Below, piece by piece: positions 9,574 through 19,381 of a DNA stretch of 64,000 bases. The stretch comes from Candidatus Micrarchaeota archaeon (GTDB lineage: Archaea; Micrarchaeota; Micrarchaeia; Anstonellales; Bilamarchaeaceae): the NCBI GenBank assembly GCA_043827025.1, contig JBDRPL010000010.1:18837-82836 (forward strand). The letters are read 5' to 3'. The notes below the pieces were generated by a model, which ran no database searches, was not told the DNA's origin, and saw only the letters and a list, made by a program, of their open reading frames with translations. Position 1 is the stretch's first letter. Every line of letters starts with the position of its first letter. The position numbers and the translations under genes are program-made.

Positions 9574-10797
9574 ATGAGCATGTTGACTACTAAAAATTTA
9601 TTTTTCTTCCTCATATTACTCACTTTGACTTATGCTTCGCTTAATAACCCTCAAGAGCAAGAGCAGGCTCAAGAAGGCCTGACCAAGCTATTCAGTGATA
9701 TGGCGCAGGAAGCCAAAGGAGTTACAGGCGGAGTGGTCCATACTCTTTTCGGCGCCTTTCAACCAAGTTCCTGTGGTGCTGAGGATACATGGTTGAATTT
9801 CGGAACAATGAATTGGCTTATTCCATCTGTCTTTGTTGCGATGGTTGTCCTATTTGGAATCACAATACTCTACATGATGGGCAATCTTTTCCAGCTACAG
9901 AACCTCATTTTGGTTGCTAAAGAAGAATATTTTAATTCATTCGCAACAGTTCTGCGTGTAATACTGGTACTTGGCGCAGTTGCAACTGTTGATGCTGCCT
10001 GGTATGGTTTGCAGACTAATAATCTTGGCCCTGACCCTGATCCAGTATATAGTTCTTCGCCAGTCATGATTGATGCAGCTCTTGTCTTCAGCTACCAGAC
10101 AATGACTGAGCTGAATTCTGTTTTCAGCAATTTGCTGATGTTCAACATGGTTGTCCATACCCTTTATACCTCTACGCTTTATTTTGGAGTGACATGGCGT
10201 GCAATGTACTCTTTCAACCTGGGTCCCGTACTTAAGCCAATAATTGATATTTTGGGAGTTTCAATGAATATGCTTTCTGTAGCCATAGGCGAATGGGTCA
10301 TTCATATGGCTACTCTTTGTATAATAAAGAAATGGGCCTTTACCTTATTCATCCCATTGGGCATGCTTCTCAGAGCCATACCTCATACAAGGGCAGGAGG
10401 AGAAGCGCTTTTCGCGCTTGTATTTGCCTTTGCAGTTATCTATCCATTCATGTTCATAGTTGATTATGAAGCGCATAAGATACTAAAATCTTCGATACTC
10501 GATCCAACTGAAAATACGCTTATGACTGATCTTATGGAAGGAACAGGGCTGTTCAAGGTTGCAACTATGATGGTCGCATTCTTTTTCCTTAGCGGAGGTG
10601 TTTTTGTACCTGTGCTTGTAGAAGCAGGACTTTCAATTACCTTCGAGCTTGTCAATGCTGCTGTCTATTACATTGTAATTCTTGGGCTGTTATTGCCTTT
10701 TATAAATATTTTTATAACTCTTACTGCTGCCAAGGAATTTGCAAAAGGATGGGGAGGGGTTGACATAAATTACATGGCATTCGTGAGGCTGATCTGA
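9574..10797 (+). CDS. Multi-pass membrane protein, paralog 4
   Basis: LGMLLRAIPHTRAGGEALFALVFAFAVIYP; C-terminus GGVDINYMAFVRLI. Confidence 0.6.
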   Translation: MSMLTTKNLFFFLILLTLTYASLNNPQEQEQAQEGLTKLFSDMAQEAKGVTGGVVHTLFGAFQPSSCGAEDTWLNFGTMNWLIPSVFVAMVVLFGITILYMMGNLFQLQNLILVAKEEYFNSFATVLRVILVLGAVATVDAAWYGLQTNNLGPDPDPVYSSSPVMIDAALVFSYQTMTELNSVFSNLLMFNMVVHTLYTSTLYFGVTWRAMYSFNLGPVLKPIIDILGVSMNMLSVAIGEWVIHMATLCIIKKWAFTLFIPLGMLLRAIPHTRAGGEALFALVFAFAVIYPFMFIVDYEAHKILKSSILDPTENTLMTDLMEGTGLFKVATMMVAFFFLSGGVFVPVLVEAGLSITFELVNAAVYYIVILGLLLPFINIFITLTAAKEFAKGWGGVDINYMAFVRLI

Positions 10798-11942
10798 TGG
10801 GCATCATCTATGATAAAATCTGCGTGAACGGCGGTGCAGCCATAAGCGATGTAGTCACACAGTGGAGATTTGGGGATGTTGCCATAAATTGGATGCCTCT
10901 TGCAGCTGCAGCAATGCTTGCCTCTGTTGTAGTAATCGTATTGATCTACCTTTTTGGAGTTATAACTCGGGACCCGAATGCAAATACATTTGCAAAAATA
11001 GAGTTATACGAAGTATTCATCTCCTTCATCATAGTTCTTTTCCTCATGGGAGTACTTGGTTCGCTTTGTTCTGTGAGCATAGGAAAACTTCTGGTAGTCA
11101 ATCAACAAGCTCCCCTTCCGGCAGGAAATGATGATATTGATGAATTCCTTGACATGGATGTTTTTTCTGCAGGTGAGGACTATTTCGAAAAGGTTTCTGC
11201 TGACATGGAAGGCTGGATGGTTGTCAATTATTTCTTTGCCATCTGGCTTGATGAGGCCGCGACCATAACTCCATATTCGAGGCCATTGGGTGTTGGTATG
11301 GTGGCAGCTCCTCTTGCAGGGCTTGCAGCACCCCTTAAGCAAGTAGTTTACAATGTGTATGTTGCTCTTTCCATCGCATACATAATCAACTATGCCCAGC
11401 TTTATGTCTTCCGTTTTTCAATAATCGCATTCATGTTCATTTATTTCCCAATAGGTATTTTCCTGCGTTGCTTCACGCCTACAAGAAGAATTGGCGGAAC
11501 CCTGCTTGGAGTGGGCATTGGTTTCCTTGTAATTGTCCCTCTCCTGACTCTTGTTGCGCACGTGATGTTCATGTCCTCATATGGAGTCATTACACTATTG
11601 AATGATAGCATTACCAACTATGTCGGCAGCTCTCTCTCTGTTACAGCAGGAGCCAAATCCATATTGGCCAACCTCTTTGACATTAGCGTGCCTACCATAA
11701 TAGGCAGTTTTGTTGCAGGGAAATTTGGAGCAATGCTTGGTTTCATAATAGGCGCAGGTGGAATACCCGGCTCATTGCTCACTGCAGCATTTATCATTCC
11801 AATATCAACAGTTGGCGCCGCGTTCCTTATAGGATTCCTTATTCCTGCATTTAACACTATCATTCTTGTATATTCTGTGAAATCCCTTTCCAGATCTCTT
11901 GGCGAGGAGATTGATGTCAGTTCTTTGACGAGGTTGATATGA
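10797..11942 (+). CDS. Multi-pass membrane protein, paralog 5
   Basis: IGIFLRCFTPTRRIGGTLLGVGIGFLVIVP; C-terminus GEEIDVSSLTRLI; TGATG overlap with the previous gene. Confidence 0.6.
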   Translation: MGIIYDKICVNGGAAISDVVTQWRFGDVAINWMPLAAAAMLASVVVIVLIYLFGVITRDPNANTFAKIELYEVFISFIIVLFLMGVLGSLCSVSIGKLLVVNQQAPLPAGNDDIDEFLDMDVFSAGEDYFEKVSADMEGWMVVNYFFAIWLDEAATITPYSRPLGVGMVAAPLAGLAAPLKQVVYNVYVALSIAYIINYAQLYVFRFSIIAFMFIYFPIGIFLRCFTPTRRIGGTLLGVGIGFLVIVPLLTLVAHVMFMSSYGVITLLNDSITNYVGSSLSVTAGAKSILANLFDISVPTIIGSFVAGKFGAMLGFIIGAGGIPGSLLTAAFIIPISTVGAAFLIGFLIPAFNTIILVYSVKSLSRSLGEEIDVSSLTRLI

Positions 11943-13105
11943 TGAAAATGCGATTGCTGTTGCTTGTTTTTATTCTGTTCCTGAGTGTTCCGCTTCATTC
12001 AGATGATGCTTCAGTTGGCCGTGTCCTAATCGGCTGGGAGGCTCTTGCATACGGTGCAGCAATAGTCTCATTCGTTTTTGCTATTCTTGCATTGATGATT
12101 GGAAGGGCATTTGACCTGAGGAATATCACCCAGGCAGCCAAAACAGAGCTCATCTATATTTTTTCTACCATTTTACTCATAATGATGCTTGGCGTTTTCG
12201 TTACAACTGGGTCAGACCTGCTCTATGAACTTTCCACGCAATTGCTTTGCTCAAGTTATTCTAATGTCCCGTCTTTCCAACAGGCTTTTCCGGATTGTGA
12301 ACTATATGTGGCACCTCCGCCAGTCTATGATTATGATTCAAATGGGGGTAGGATTGAAGTAACTCTCAAACCCCATGTCATTGATGTTGCAAAGCTCTAT
12401 CTTCAGCCAGTGGTGCTGGGAGCGCAGACTTCGCAAAAAATATTATATGGATTGAGCATACCTGTGGAAGCCATGGCTTCCATTTATGTCGAGATCTTCA
12501 TGAGTGAGCATGCCTCAGGATTCGGATTCAAGCCATTTGCCGAGAGGATAAAGAATACCAACATGGCAATCAGCTTCTATCTCTTTGCATATTATCTGAT
12601 AATCCATATCCTGAATTTCATAAGAGCATATGGCCTGTTTTTCTTATCTATAGGGGTAATATTAAGGTGCTTCCCACCTACTCGCGGTGCTGGTGCATAT
12701 GTCATTGCACTCACGCTAGGGCTTTATTTTGTCTTCCCGTTTTCATTTGTCATGGCTTCAGCAGTCAGTGCAGGTTATTCTTTCGAACAGAGTTTCCTTG
12801 GTTTCGGCGGAGGCAAAAATCTCATATTTGCCCTGCCTTTTGAGCTTCCGGAGAACTCAAAAATATGCAATGGCATGGATTCCAGCTCTGTTGTTGATGC
12901 CATTCAATATTTCAAGGCTAACAAGTCGGACATATTCAATATAATGGATGTCATCAGCCTTAATGTGGTCAAAGCCATGACGCTTAGGATATGCCTGCTT
13001 CCGCTTGTTGCGCTTACAGTGACATTCACATTCATCCTTTCCACTACAAACCTTTTCGGAGGCAATATTCCTGAAATAGGAAGAGGGCTGGTTAAGCTTA
13101 TTTGA
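11939..13105 (+). CDS. Multi-pass membrane protein, paralog 6
   Basis: IGVILRCFPPTRGAGAYVIALTLGLYFVFP; C-terminus GGNIPEIGRGLVKLI; ATGA overlap. Confidence 0.6.
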   Translation: MMKMRLLLLVFILFLSVPLHSDDASVGRVLIGWEALAYGAAIVSFVFAILALMIGRAFDLRNITQAAKTELIYIFSTILLIMMLGVFVTTGSDLLYELSTQLLCSSYSNVPSFQQAFPDCELYVAPPPVYDYDSNGGRIEVTLKPHVIDVAKLYLQPVVLGAQTSQKILYGLSIPVEAMASIYVEIFMSEHASGFGFKPFAERIKNTNMAISFYLFAYYLIIHILNFIRAYGLFFLSIGVILRCFPPTRGAGAYVIALTLGLYFVFPFSFVMASAVSAGYSFEQSFLGFGGGKNLIFALPFELPENSKICNGMDSSSVVDAIQYFKANKSDIFNIMDVISLNVVKAMTLRICLLPLVALTVTFTFILSTTNLFGGNIPEIGRGLVKLI

Positions 13106-13106
13106 C

Positions 13107-14036
13107 CTAAGGACAAGCGATTCTCATATGCTTATACTCATAATTTTCTTCAGCATCCTCTTTCTTCCTTGTTGAGTAATAGAGCTGGTCTTTTTCTGAA
13201 GCATAGAACTTCTGTCCATATATTTTCTCAAGATAAGCATCTTGATCTTGCACTTCGCTTGATGCGTTTATATTCTTTGCAATATGAAGGAAATTTACAT
13301 CTACAGTTACTTGTTCATTGAACTCTCTGACAATTATATTGTTCCACATCTCTTTCGGATATAGTTTGATTTCACTGATGTCATAAAATCCGTAGTCGAA
13401 TATGTCTATGTATCCCTTTGTATTTTTGATGCATTTATTGATGTGTTCGATTGTAAGTTCATTGATTGGAATCTCGTAACCTTCGGGCATGTTGATCATG
13501 AACTTCATCACCTTTCCGTTCCTTGCCTTCATATATTTCTTTTCAAGTTTTTCGTTGTAATGAACTTCGAACAGTTCTCTTTCTTTTATTACGAACACTT
13601 TTGCAGGCAGGTCATCATAGAGTTCATTGCTTCGAACGTAATTTGCATCATTTATCTTGGTTTGGAGTGCATCTCCACAAATCGATTCGACATTGGCAAA
13701 ACTATTGATTTTTTCCGCATTTTCGAGCATTTTTTTCGATATGTCGCAAAGGCAGTATTTGACTCTTTTGAAGAAAATCGGATCAATTCGCTTTAGTTTG
13801 CTTAGAAAATAGAATGCAATCTTCCCATTGCCTACCCCGAATTCATAGACATTCAATTCATTGTCTAAGTTAGCCTCGTTTTCCTTTGCAAATGCATAAA
13901 ATTCAAGCGCATTTGCCTCGCTTATCAATCTTGAAGAGCCGAATGTCTTGAAATCCTTGTAAATCCCAGGGCCTTTTTCAGTGTAGTATGCTTCGTTTCT
14001 TTGTTTTTGCAATTCGTCAAGCTGAAGAAACTCCAT
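13107..14036 (-). CDS. SAM-dependent methyltransferase, MidA/NDUFAF7-like
   Basis: VYEFGVGNG, SNELYDDLP, IFDYG, QVTVDVNF motifs. Confidence 0.75.
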   Translation of the reverse strand: MEFLQLDELQKQRNEAYYTEKGPGIYKDFKTFGSSRLISEANALEFYAFAKENEANLDNELNVYEFGVGNGKIAFYFLSKLKRIDPIFFKRVKYCLCDISKKMLENAEKINSFANVESICGDALQTKINDANYVRSNELYDDLPAKVFVIKERELFEVHYNEKLEKKYMKARNGKVMKFMINMPEGYEIPINELTIEHINKCIKNTKGYIDIFDYGFYDISEIKLYPKEMWNNIIVREFNEQVTVDVNFLHIAKNINASSEVQDQDAYLEKIYGQKFYASEKDQLYYSTRKKEDAEENYEYKHMRIACP

Positions 14037-14172
14037 GTTCTAAATTAGATTAGTTATCTTTAATAATTCTTGTTGGCAGCCTTGGGTTTGCATATGCTGC
14101 AAGCCTTGCCTGGTATATTTCTTCGGACTCATAAAACCCTCTTTTTGGTATTCCGAAATCCTTTTCAACAAG

Positions 14173-14916
14173 CTAGCTCATACACACCTCAGGCGAGTTG
14201 TTTGCCATTAATATCCTTAGAACATCTTCAGGAGTCAGTTCAACAACTATCTGCATTGATTTTGTATGGATATTGCTTGTAACTGCTGGGATTAGTCTAT
14301 GATCTAAAATCCCTTTATCTAGGTATCCGTACACTTGTGGACCGACATATGAACTTCTTCTGTAAATATAACTGTCTGTTTGATGTGGAGTTATCAGTTC
14401 TGGATTCAGGATTTTTTTACCATTTGCACTGCTTATTTCTTCCAAAACTTGCATTCTTGAGTCTGGGACGCGAATATGCACAATTCCATTGCTATTTATC
14501 TTCAAATCTCCTGCAGTTATGTCTTCGATTACAATTATCTTGTTTTTTTCGCCTACAAACCTGCCAGTTGAAATTGCCAACATTGTCTCATAATCTATTT
14601 GGACATCTGCAAATGGCGCGTGTGGAAGGAAATATGCAATCACTCTCCGGGTCACGAATCTTTTAGGGAAATCACCACTTCTCATGTCCCATGGGATTTG
14701 GCCAGAAGTTATAACTGGGAGGATATCTTCCAGTATGGTGCGTGGTGATGCAAGTTGCATGCTTGCTCCGCTTTTTCGGTTCATGGCATCAATAAGCTGA
14801 AGCCCTTCGACAAAGGAAAATTTTTGACGAAACATGCCTATAACTGTTCTTCCTTTTTCATACTTTTCTACTGATGCGATTGCTATTTGTGGTTTGCAAG
14901 TTGCCATACAATTCAC
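14173..14916 (-). CDS. Hypothetical protein
   Basis: 247-aa ORF filling the gap between two genes; no recognised motif. Confidence 0.6.
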   Translation of the reverse strand: MNCMATCKPQIAIASVEKYEKGRTVIGMFRQKFSFVEGLQLIDAMNRKSGASMQLASPRTILEDILPVITSGQIPWDMRSGDFPKRFVTRRVIAYFLPHAPFADVQIDYETMLAISTGRFVGEKNKIIVIEDITAGDLKINSNGIVHIRVPDSRMQVLEEISSANGKKILNPELITPHQTDSYIYRRSSYVGPQVYGYLDKGILDHRLIPAVTSNIHTKSMQIVVELTPEDVLRILMANNSPEVCMS

Positions 14917-14986
14917 GAATATGTTGTTATTAGTATGAACAATTGTGTATCCTTATATTTAAAAATCTGTTTTCCGAATTCATTTC

Positions 14987-15541
14987 ATGAGAAAATTCGT
15001 TATCGATACTTCGCTGTTCGTCAATCCGTATGCAAGAGGGGCTTTTGGCAAAGACCCAAGGGCTGCGCTCAAGGCATTTGTCAAAATAATAAAGAAAAAG
15101 AAGATCGAGTTCTTCATGCCCCCGTCCATCTTCCGCGAATTGACTAACTTTGTCGGAGATGATATTGAGCATCTAGAGATGGTCGTAAAGCGTAAGTCGC
15201 CAAACCTGTATTCCATGTACCTTCCGGCAGCAGTTTTCTATGATTTCATAGAAGATGTGCGTGCAAGAATAAACAAGGGTTTGAGGCTTGCGGAAGAGGC
15301 TGCAAAGGACAATACTCCTGATAATGATCCGAAGCTCAATAAACTAAGGCAGAAATACAGGGAATTCATGCGCACTGGTCTGTTGGACAGCAGTGAAGAT
15401 CTTGAGCTTGTTCTTTTGGCAAAGGAAATTGAAGCTACTTTAGTTAGTTGCGATGAAGGCGTAATTCATTTCGCAAGCAAGATTGGCTGTGAAGTATTGA
15501 ATGCGACTAAGTTCGCGAAGCTGCTGAAGACGCTGAAGTAA
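14987..15541 (+). CDS. PIN-domain protein-only RNase P (HARP / RNA ligase partner, UPF0278)
   Basis: FVIDTSLF, MPPSIFREL, RINKGLRLAEE, GLLDSSEDLELVLLAKE, VSCDEG. Confidence 0.88.
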   Translation: MRKFVIDTSLFVNPYARGAFGKDPRAALKAFVKIIKKKKIEFFMPPSIFRELTNFVGDDIEHLEMVVKRKSPNLYSMYLPAAVFYDFIEDVRARINKGLRLAEEAAKDNTPDNDPKLNKLRQKYREFMRTGLLDSSEDLELVLLAKEIEATLVSCDEGVIHFASKIGCEVLNATKFAKLLKTLK

Positions 15542-15548
15542 TTCTTAG

Positions 15549-16610
15549 TTAATCTATCTGCCCCCTTCCTCTTAGGGCCCCATTTATCTTTTCTGATGTC
15601 TTTCTGTATATTTTCCTGAACCTTATCCTTTTCCTGTTGCCTTCTTTCTTTTCAAAAACAGTTTCTACCCTTATCTCCTTGCTCATGTGCTTCTTTATGT
15701 TTTCGTAGATTCTTGGATCTTTCACTAGTATTTCATATTCCTCGTGACTATGGCCTTCTTTTTCTGATTGTTTTATGGAATCAATTAAATTGAAGAATGC
15801 CTTCCCCATCCGTTTCTCATATTCGTCTCTCTTGAGCCCGAAGTCATTTAGGAACATTGAAGCTCTAAAGATGCGCTGCATGAAGAATCCTGGCGGCATA
15901 TCAAAAAAGCTTTTCACTGCTTCTTCCACGTCGGCAATGTCTGAATTCGCCACTACATATTTCACGGTTTCCTTTCTGCTCGCTGTTTTTATTACTATTC
16001 CTTCCCTGTTGGAATTGTTTATATCAAGTGCGATTTTCTTTATCTTGTCAATATCTTTTGTGCTGAATTTGCCAAGCCTGGGCACGCTTTCGATATCGTA
16101 TTTGTCCAGCAACTTATACTTTTCTGCAATAGGCAGATAGGTTTCGTTTTCCAATCCTATGTCAAAAACAAGGAATTTCACATCAAACTTTTTTGTTGGC
16201 AGGGTATATGGCGTATTGCCGACCATCTCTCCGCACAATACATATTTCGGATGATCTTTGAAGAACTTCTCAAGTTTCATTTCCCTTGCCTTTTCAGTTG
16301 AGAACAAATCAATGAAACCGCCTCTTGAAAAGGCAAATACCTTGCCTTCAACAATTGCCACCCTGACATTGAAGCCATCTATCTTCTCTTCTATGTAAAT
16401 CTCTTTTTCAGTTATGTTCTTCTCAATGCCTTTGTCCAAGGTAAAGATTCGTTTTATGTGAGGGTAGCCAGGAACGACTCGTTCTCTTGTTATTACTCGC
16501 CCTCGGTTTATTTCTCTAAAGCCTTCGCGGAATCTATAATATTCAATATCTTCTTTGTGGTGTATAATCTTCCCGCGCTTGATTGCCTCGTCCAGCTCCT
16601 TCTTTTCCAT
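15549..16610 (-). CDS. ATP-dependent RNA ligase, Rnl3/Pab1020 family
   Basis: GYPHIKR, motif I EEKIDGFNVR, CGEMVG, FDI, REGIVIK, KY. Confidence 0.9.
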   Translation of the reverse strand: MEKKELDEAIKRGKIIHHKEDIEYYRFREGFREINRGRVITRERVVPGYPHIKRIFTLDKGIEKNITEKEIYIEEKIDGFNVRVAIVEGKVFAFSRGGFIDLFSTEKAREMKLEKFFKDHPKYVLCGEMVGNTPYTLPTKKFDVKFLVFDIGLENETYLPIAEKYKLLDKYDIESVPRLGKFSTKDIDKIKKIALDINNSNREGIVIKTASRKETVKYVVANSDIADVEEAVKSFFDMPPGFFMQRIFRASMFLNDFGLKRDEYEKRMGKAFFNLIDSIKQSEKEGHSHEEYEILVKDPRIYENIKKHMSKEIRVETVFEKKEGNRKRIRFRKIYRKTSEKINGALRGRGQID

Positions 16611-16705
16611 GATTAGAGTTTTTGTTCAAAGTTTTTATATTTGCTGTTTTGCATAAGGGGGTAAGATACTAGGGGGAATTCGAGTTTGACAAGTGTCCCC
16701 CTGTA

Positions 16706-17215
16706 TTACCAAGGAACTTTCTTGACTCCAATCCTGTTCGCAATGAAATTAGTCAGTGGATGAAGAATAAGTGTAATGGCCAATATCAAAACTATTCCGT
16801 CAGGCTGGTAATATATCTTTGGGCTTGAGGAGTATGCAAAAGCCAATGCTATCACAAGGAAAAAGAATGTGTCAAGCACGAATGGTTTTCCAGAATCGAT
16901 GTTCAGCCTTCTTTTTATGAAACTTCCAAGCGAATCTCCGACCATGGTTCCAAGAGATAGAAGGAATGCGACAAACACCATCTGGTCTGCTGTGAATTCA
17001 GGAAGAAGATATAGCCTGCTCAAAACGAATCCGAACAAAGTTCCTACAAATACTCCTCCGATGAAGCCCCTTATTGTTTTTCCATCCCCCAATATCCTTT
17101 TGCCATCAATGGATTTTCCAAGGTCAATCGGAGTTCCACCTCCTAAAATCACAGGGGAAGAATTAGCGATGTATGCAGGAAGAATGAACAGCACCAGATA
17201 AATAAGTTCGATCAT
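16706..17215 (-). CDS. carS: CDP-archaeol synthase
   Basis: PAYIANSSPV, PIDLG, RILGDGKT, GDSLGSFIKRR, terminal KKVPW. Confidence 0.93.
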   Translation of the reverse strand: MIELIYLVLFILPAYIANSSPVILGGGTPIDLGKSIDGKRILGDGKTIRGFIGGVFVGTLFGFVLSRLYLLPEFTADQMVFVAFLLSLGTMVGDSLGSFIKRRLNIDSGKPFVLDTFFFLVIALAFAYSSSPKIYYQPDGIVLILAITLILHPLTNFIANRIGVKKVPW

Positions 17216-17255
17216 TGAATCGAATACTTATTCGATACTATTTTAAAATTATTAT

Positions 17256-17511
17256 GTGGGCTCCCTGGTTTGCTGCAAACCACCAAGAAGGAGCTTTTAC
17301 CTTGGGCTCCACTCTGGAGTCTCACTAGCACGATTTGGTATACTTAGGGATGCTCCTTTCGGCCTGACCCGTTTTGCACAACAAACCGTCAAATGAGGTA
17401 GAGTATCAACACTTGCGATAAAAGGCATCCTAGCGACTACAACGCCGCAGGTTTTTGGCCCGTCTAAAGGGGACGTACGGTGAAGGGACCCCTGGCCCCA
17501 ACCTAGCCCAC
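17256..17511 (-). ncRNA. ffs: Archaeal SRP (7S) RNA
   Basis: Minus strand has the helix-8 motif GGGUCAGGCCGAAAGGAGCAUCCC, an Alu-like 5' start GUGGGCUAGG..AGGGGUCCC, and complementary ends gtgggct/agcccac. Confidence 0.88.
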
Positions 17512-17544
17512 GATAAGAATATGAATAGAGGCTTATTTAAGATT

Positions 17545-17835
17545 TCACTTTTTTCGTTTCTTCCCTGCCTTTTTCCTTACCTTTGATTTAGCAGGTTTCT
17601 TTTTCCCTGCCAGCTCATTTTCCATCGCACGTTCTCCCGCCTTCTTTTTTTGGTATTTTGAATCTTCATCCAGCCCTGCGAAAACCATGAGCAGGCCCAG
17701 AAGGAAAACTACTATAACTACAAATCCAAACAGAGTTTTTATGAATATGTCCAGAAGGTCCTTAAGATATTCAATTGTCATGAATGCAGTTATCAAAAGA
17801 ACTATTCCCACTATACAATACTTCATTCCGCCCAT
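17545..17835 (-). CDS. Small two-helix membrane protein with basic tail
   Basis: MKYCIVGIVLLI...EYL...G hydrophobic hairpin; Lys-rich C-terminus. Confidence 0.65.
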   Translation of the reverse strand: MGGMKYCIVGIVLLITAFMTIEYLKDLLDIFIKTLFGFVVIVVFLLGLLMVFAGLDEDSKYQKKKAGERAMENELAGKKKPAKSKVRKKAGKKRKK

Positions 17836-17839
17836 GTTC

Positions 17840-18085
17840 TTACCGTGTTCTTTTTAGTTTAGGGTTTTCTTCCCCTATCCCCATTACTAGGAATGCAACT
17901 CCTGACAGTATCGTTATAGCAACCATCAGGCCGAGTATGACGTTCTTAGCTGTTCCTAGAAACTCTCCGAAATATTCAGTCATCCCAATAGCAATAACTA
18001 TCAGCAATATGCCCAGCAGGCAATACTTCCATGATTCCATTAATTGTTTGTGTTTAGCAGGTTTAAATGGGTTTTGCTTAAGCAT
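17840..18085 (-). CDS. Small two-helix membrane protein, paralog of the neighbour (true start may be at MESWKY)
   Basis: KYCLLGILLIVI...EYF...G, same pattern as 17545-17835. Confidence 0.6.
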   Translation of the reverse strand: MLKQNPFKPAKHKQLMESWKYCLLGILLIVIAIGMTEYFGEFLGTAKNVILGLMVAITILSGVAFLVMGIGEENPKLKRTR

Positions 18086-18632
18086 ACCTCGCCCTTTTCT
18101 TTACTTGTTCTATTCTTTTTTCAATCTGGTCAAACTTATTGCATTTTCTGTAACCTTCAACGAATTTCTCGCCTTCTTCCGTATTAATCATCTTCAGCAT
18201 TGTCAAAACATCGATTGCCTTGTCTTCTATGTCTGATGAAACGAATCCAAGCCCGAAATCTATTACAACTAGTTTTCCATTTTCGAAAAGAAGGTTTGCT
18301 GGTGTAAAATCACCATGAATGATATCTGCATTATGCAGTTTTGCAAGTATTTCTCCAGCCTGTTTTGCAATTCCACCATCTATCTTCCGTTTGCCTTTCA
18401 CAAACTCTAGTGTTAATTTAAACTCTTCAACAGCAAGCACTGTTGGGCATGAAACCCCAGCTAGTTTTGCTTTATGAAGGAGCCTTGCCTCGCGCCTTGT
18501 CCTTTCTCTTCTTAATTTCTCGTCAAGCTCCTTGTTCCTATAATTTTTCACTACCCTGTCTTTCACAACTACCTTTCTTCCTATGAATTTGCTAGTAGTT
18601 ACAATTGCTTCTGCACCTTTACTTTGCTTCAT
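18078..18632 (-). CDS. bud32: KEOPS complex kinase Bud32
   Basis: GAEA, KDRVVKNYRNKELD, RTRREARLL, IIHGDFTPAN, IDFGL, EDKAID; start placed at the ATG overlapping the upstream stop. Confidence 0.92.
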   Translation of the reverse strand: MKQSKGAEAIVTTSKFIGRKVVVKDRVVKNYRNKELDEKLRRERTRREARLLHKAKLAGVSCPTVLAVEEFKLTLEFVKGKRKIDGGIAKQAGEILAKLHNADIIHGDFTPANLLFENGKLVVIDFGLGFVSSDIEDKAIDVLTMLKMINTEEGEKFVEGYRKCNKFDQIEKRIEQVKKRARYA

Positions 18633-19381
18633 TTCCTTACCCTTGAAAAAAGCCCTGAGATGAGCATAAACAATACTAGCAATATTCCCCAACTCACAAC
18701 CATGCCCATGAAAAACCCTGGCATGTCAAGCATCTTTTCCATGACTATGGCAACTATTCCAGTGGCAATCAGGAATCCACCCCATACTACTTTGCTCCAT
18801 GCGAATATCTTGCTTCCGTCAAGCGGGAATACTGGTATAGCATTGAAAAGTCCAAGCAGGAGATTTATGTAGGCTCCGAACTGCCATACTGAGATTGGCC
18901 CTCCAAGTATGGCAAGGAAAACAGTTATCTCTTTGGTTGCGCTTAGGAATATGAACGCAATTGCAACAACAAGATTGGTCACTGGCCCTGCAAGCGAAAT
19001 CATCCCGTTTTCTTTTCTCGTTATCCTTGGGGCATAGATATAAACTGCACCAGGGGCTGCGAATATGAAGCCGAAAAGAGAAGTCAGCATCATCAGGAAT
19101 ATTCCCTGAAACCACATCACGAATTTTGCAGATGCCCCATAATAGATTGCAGTTATCTTGTGGGCCATCTCGTGAAGTATGAATCCGCTTCCTACTGTGA
19201 CAATGCAAAGGAAAGTCATCACTATAAATTCATCAGGATTATTGGCCATTGTTTCTATTCCCGAAAGCCCTCCTGCAAAAAATATGGTGAATGCTACGGA
19301 TAAGGCGAGTATGGAGGCGATAATGTCTCTGATTTCATCTTTTCCGAATTTTATTTGATTAAACATTTGCAATCTCCTCAT
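18629..19381 (-). CDS. Site-2 protease, M50 family
   Basis: HEMAH, AAPGAV, LAGPVTN, FNAIPVFPLDGSK. Confidence 0.92.
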   Translation of the reverse strand: MRRLQMFNQIKFGKDEIRDIIASILALSVAFTIFFAGGLSGIETMANNPDEFIVMTFLCIVTVGSGFILHEMAHKITAIYYGASAKFVMWFQGIFLMMLTSLFGFIFAAPGAVYIYAPRITRKENGMISLAGPVTNLVVAIAFIFLSATKEITVFLAILGGPISVWQFGAYINLLLGLFNAIPVFPLDGSKIFAWSKVVWGGFLIATGIVAIVMEKMLDMPGFFMGMVVSWGILLVLFMLISGLFSRVRK

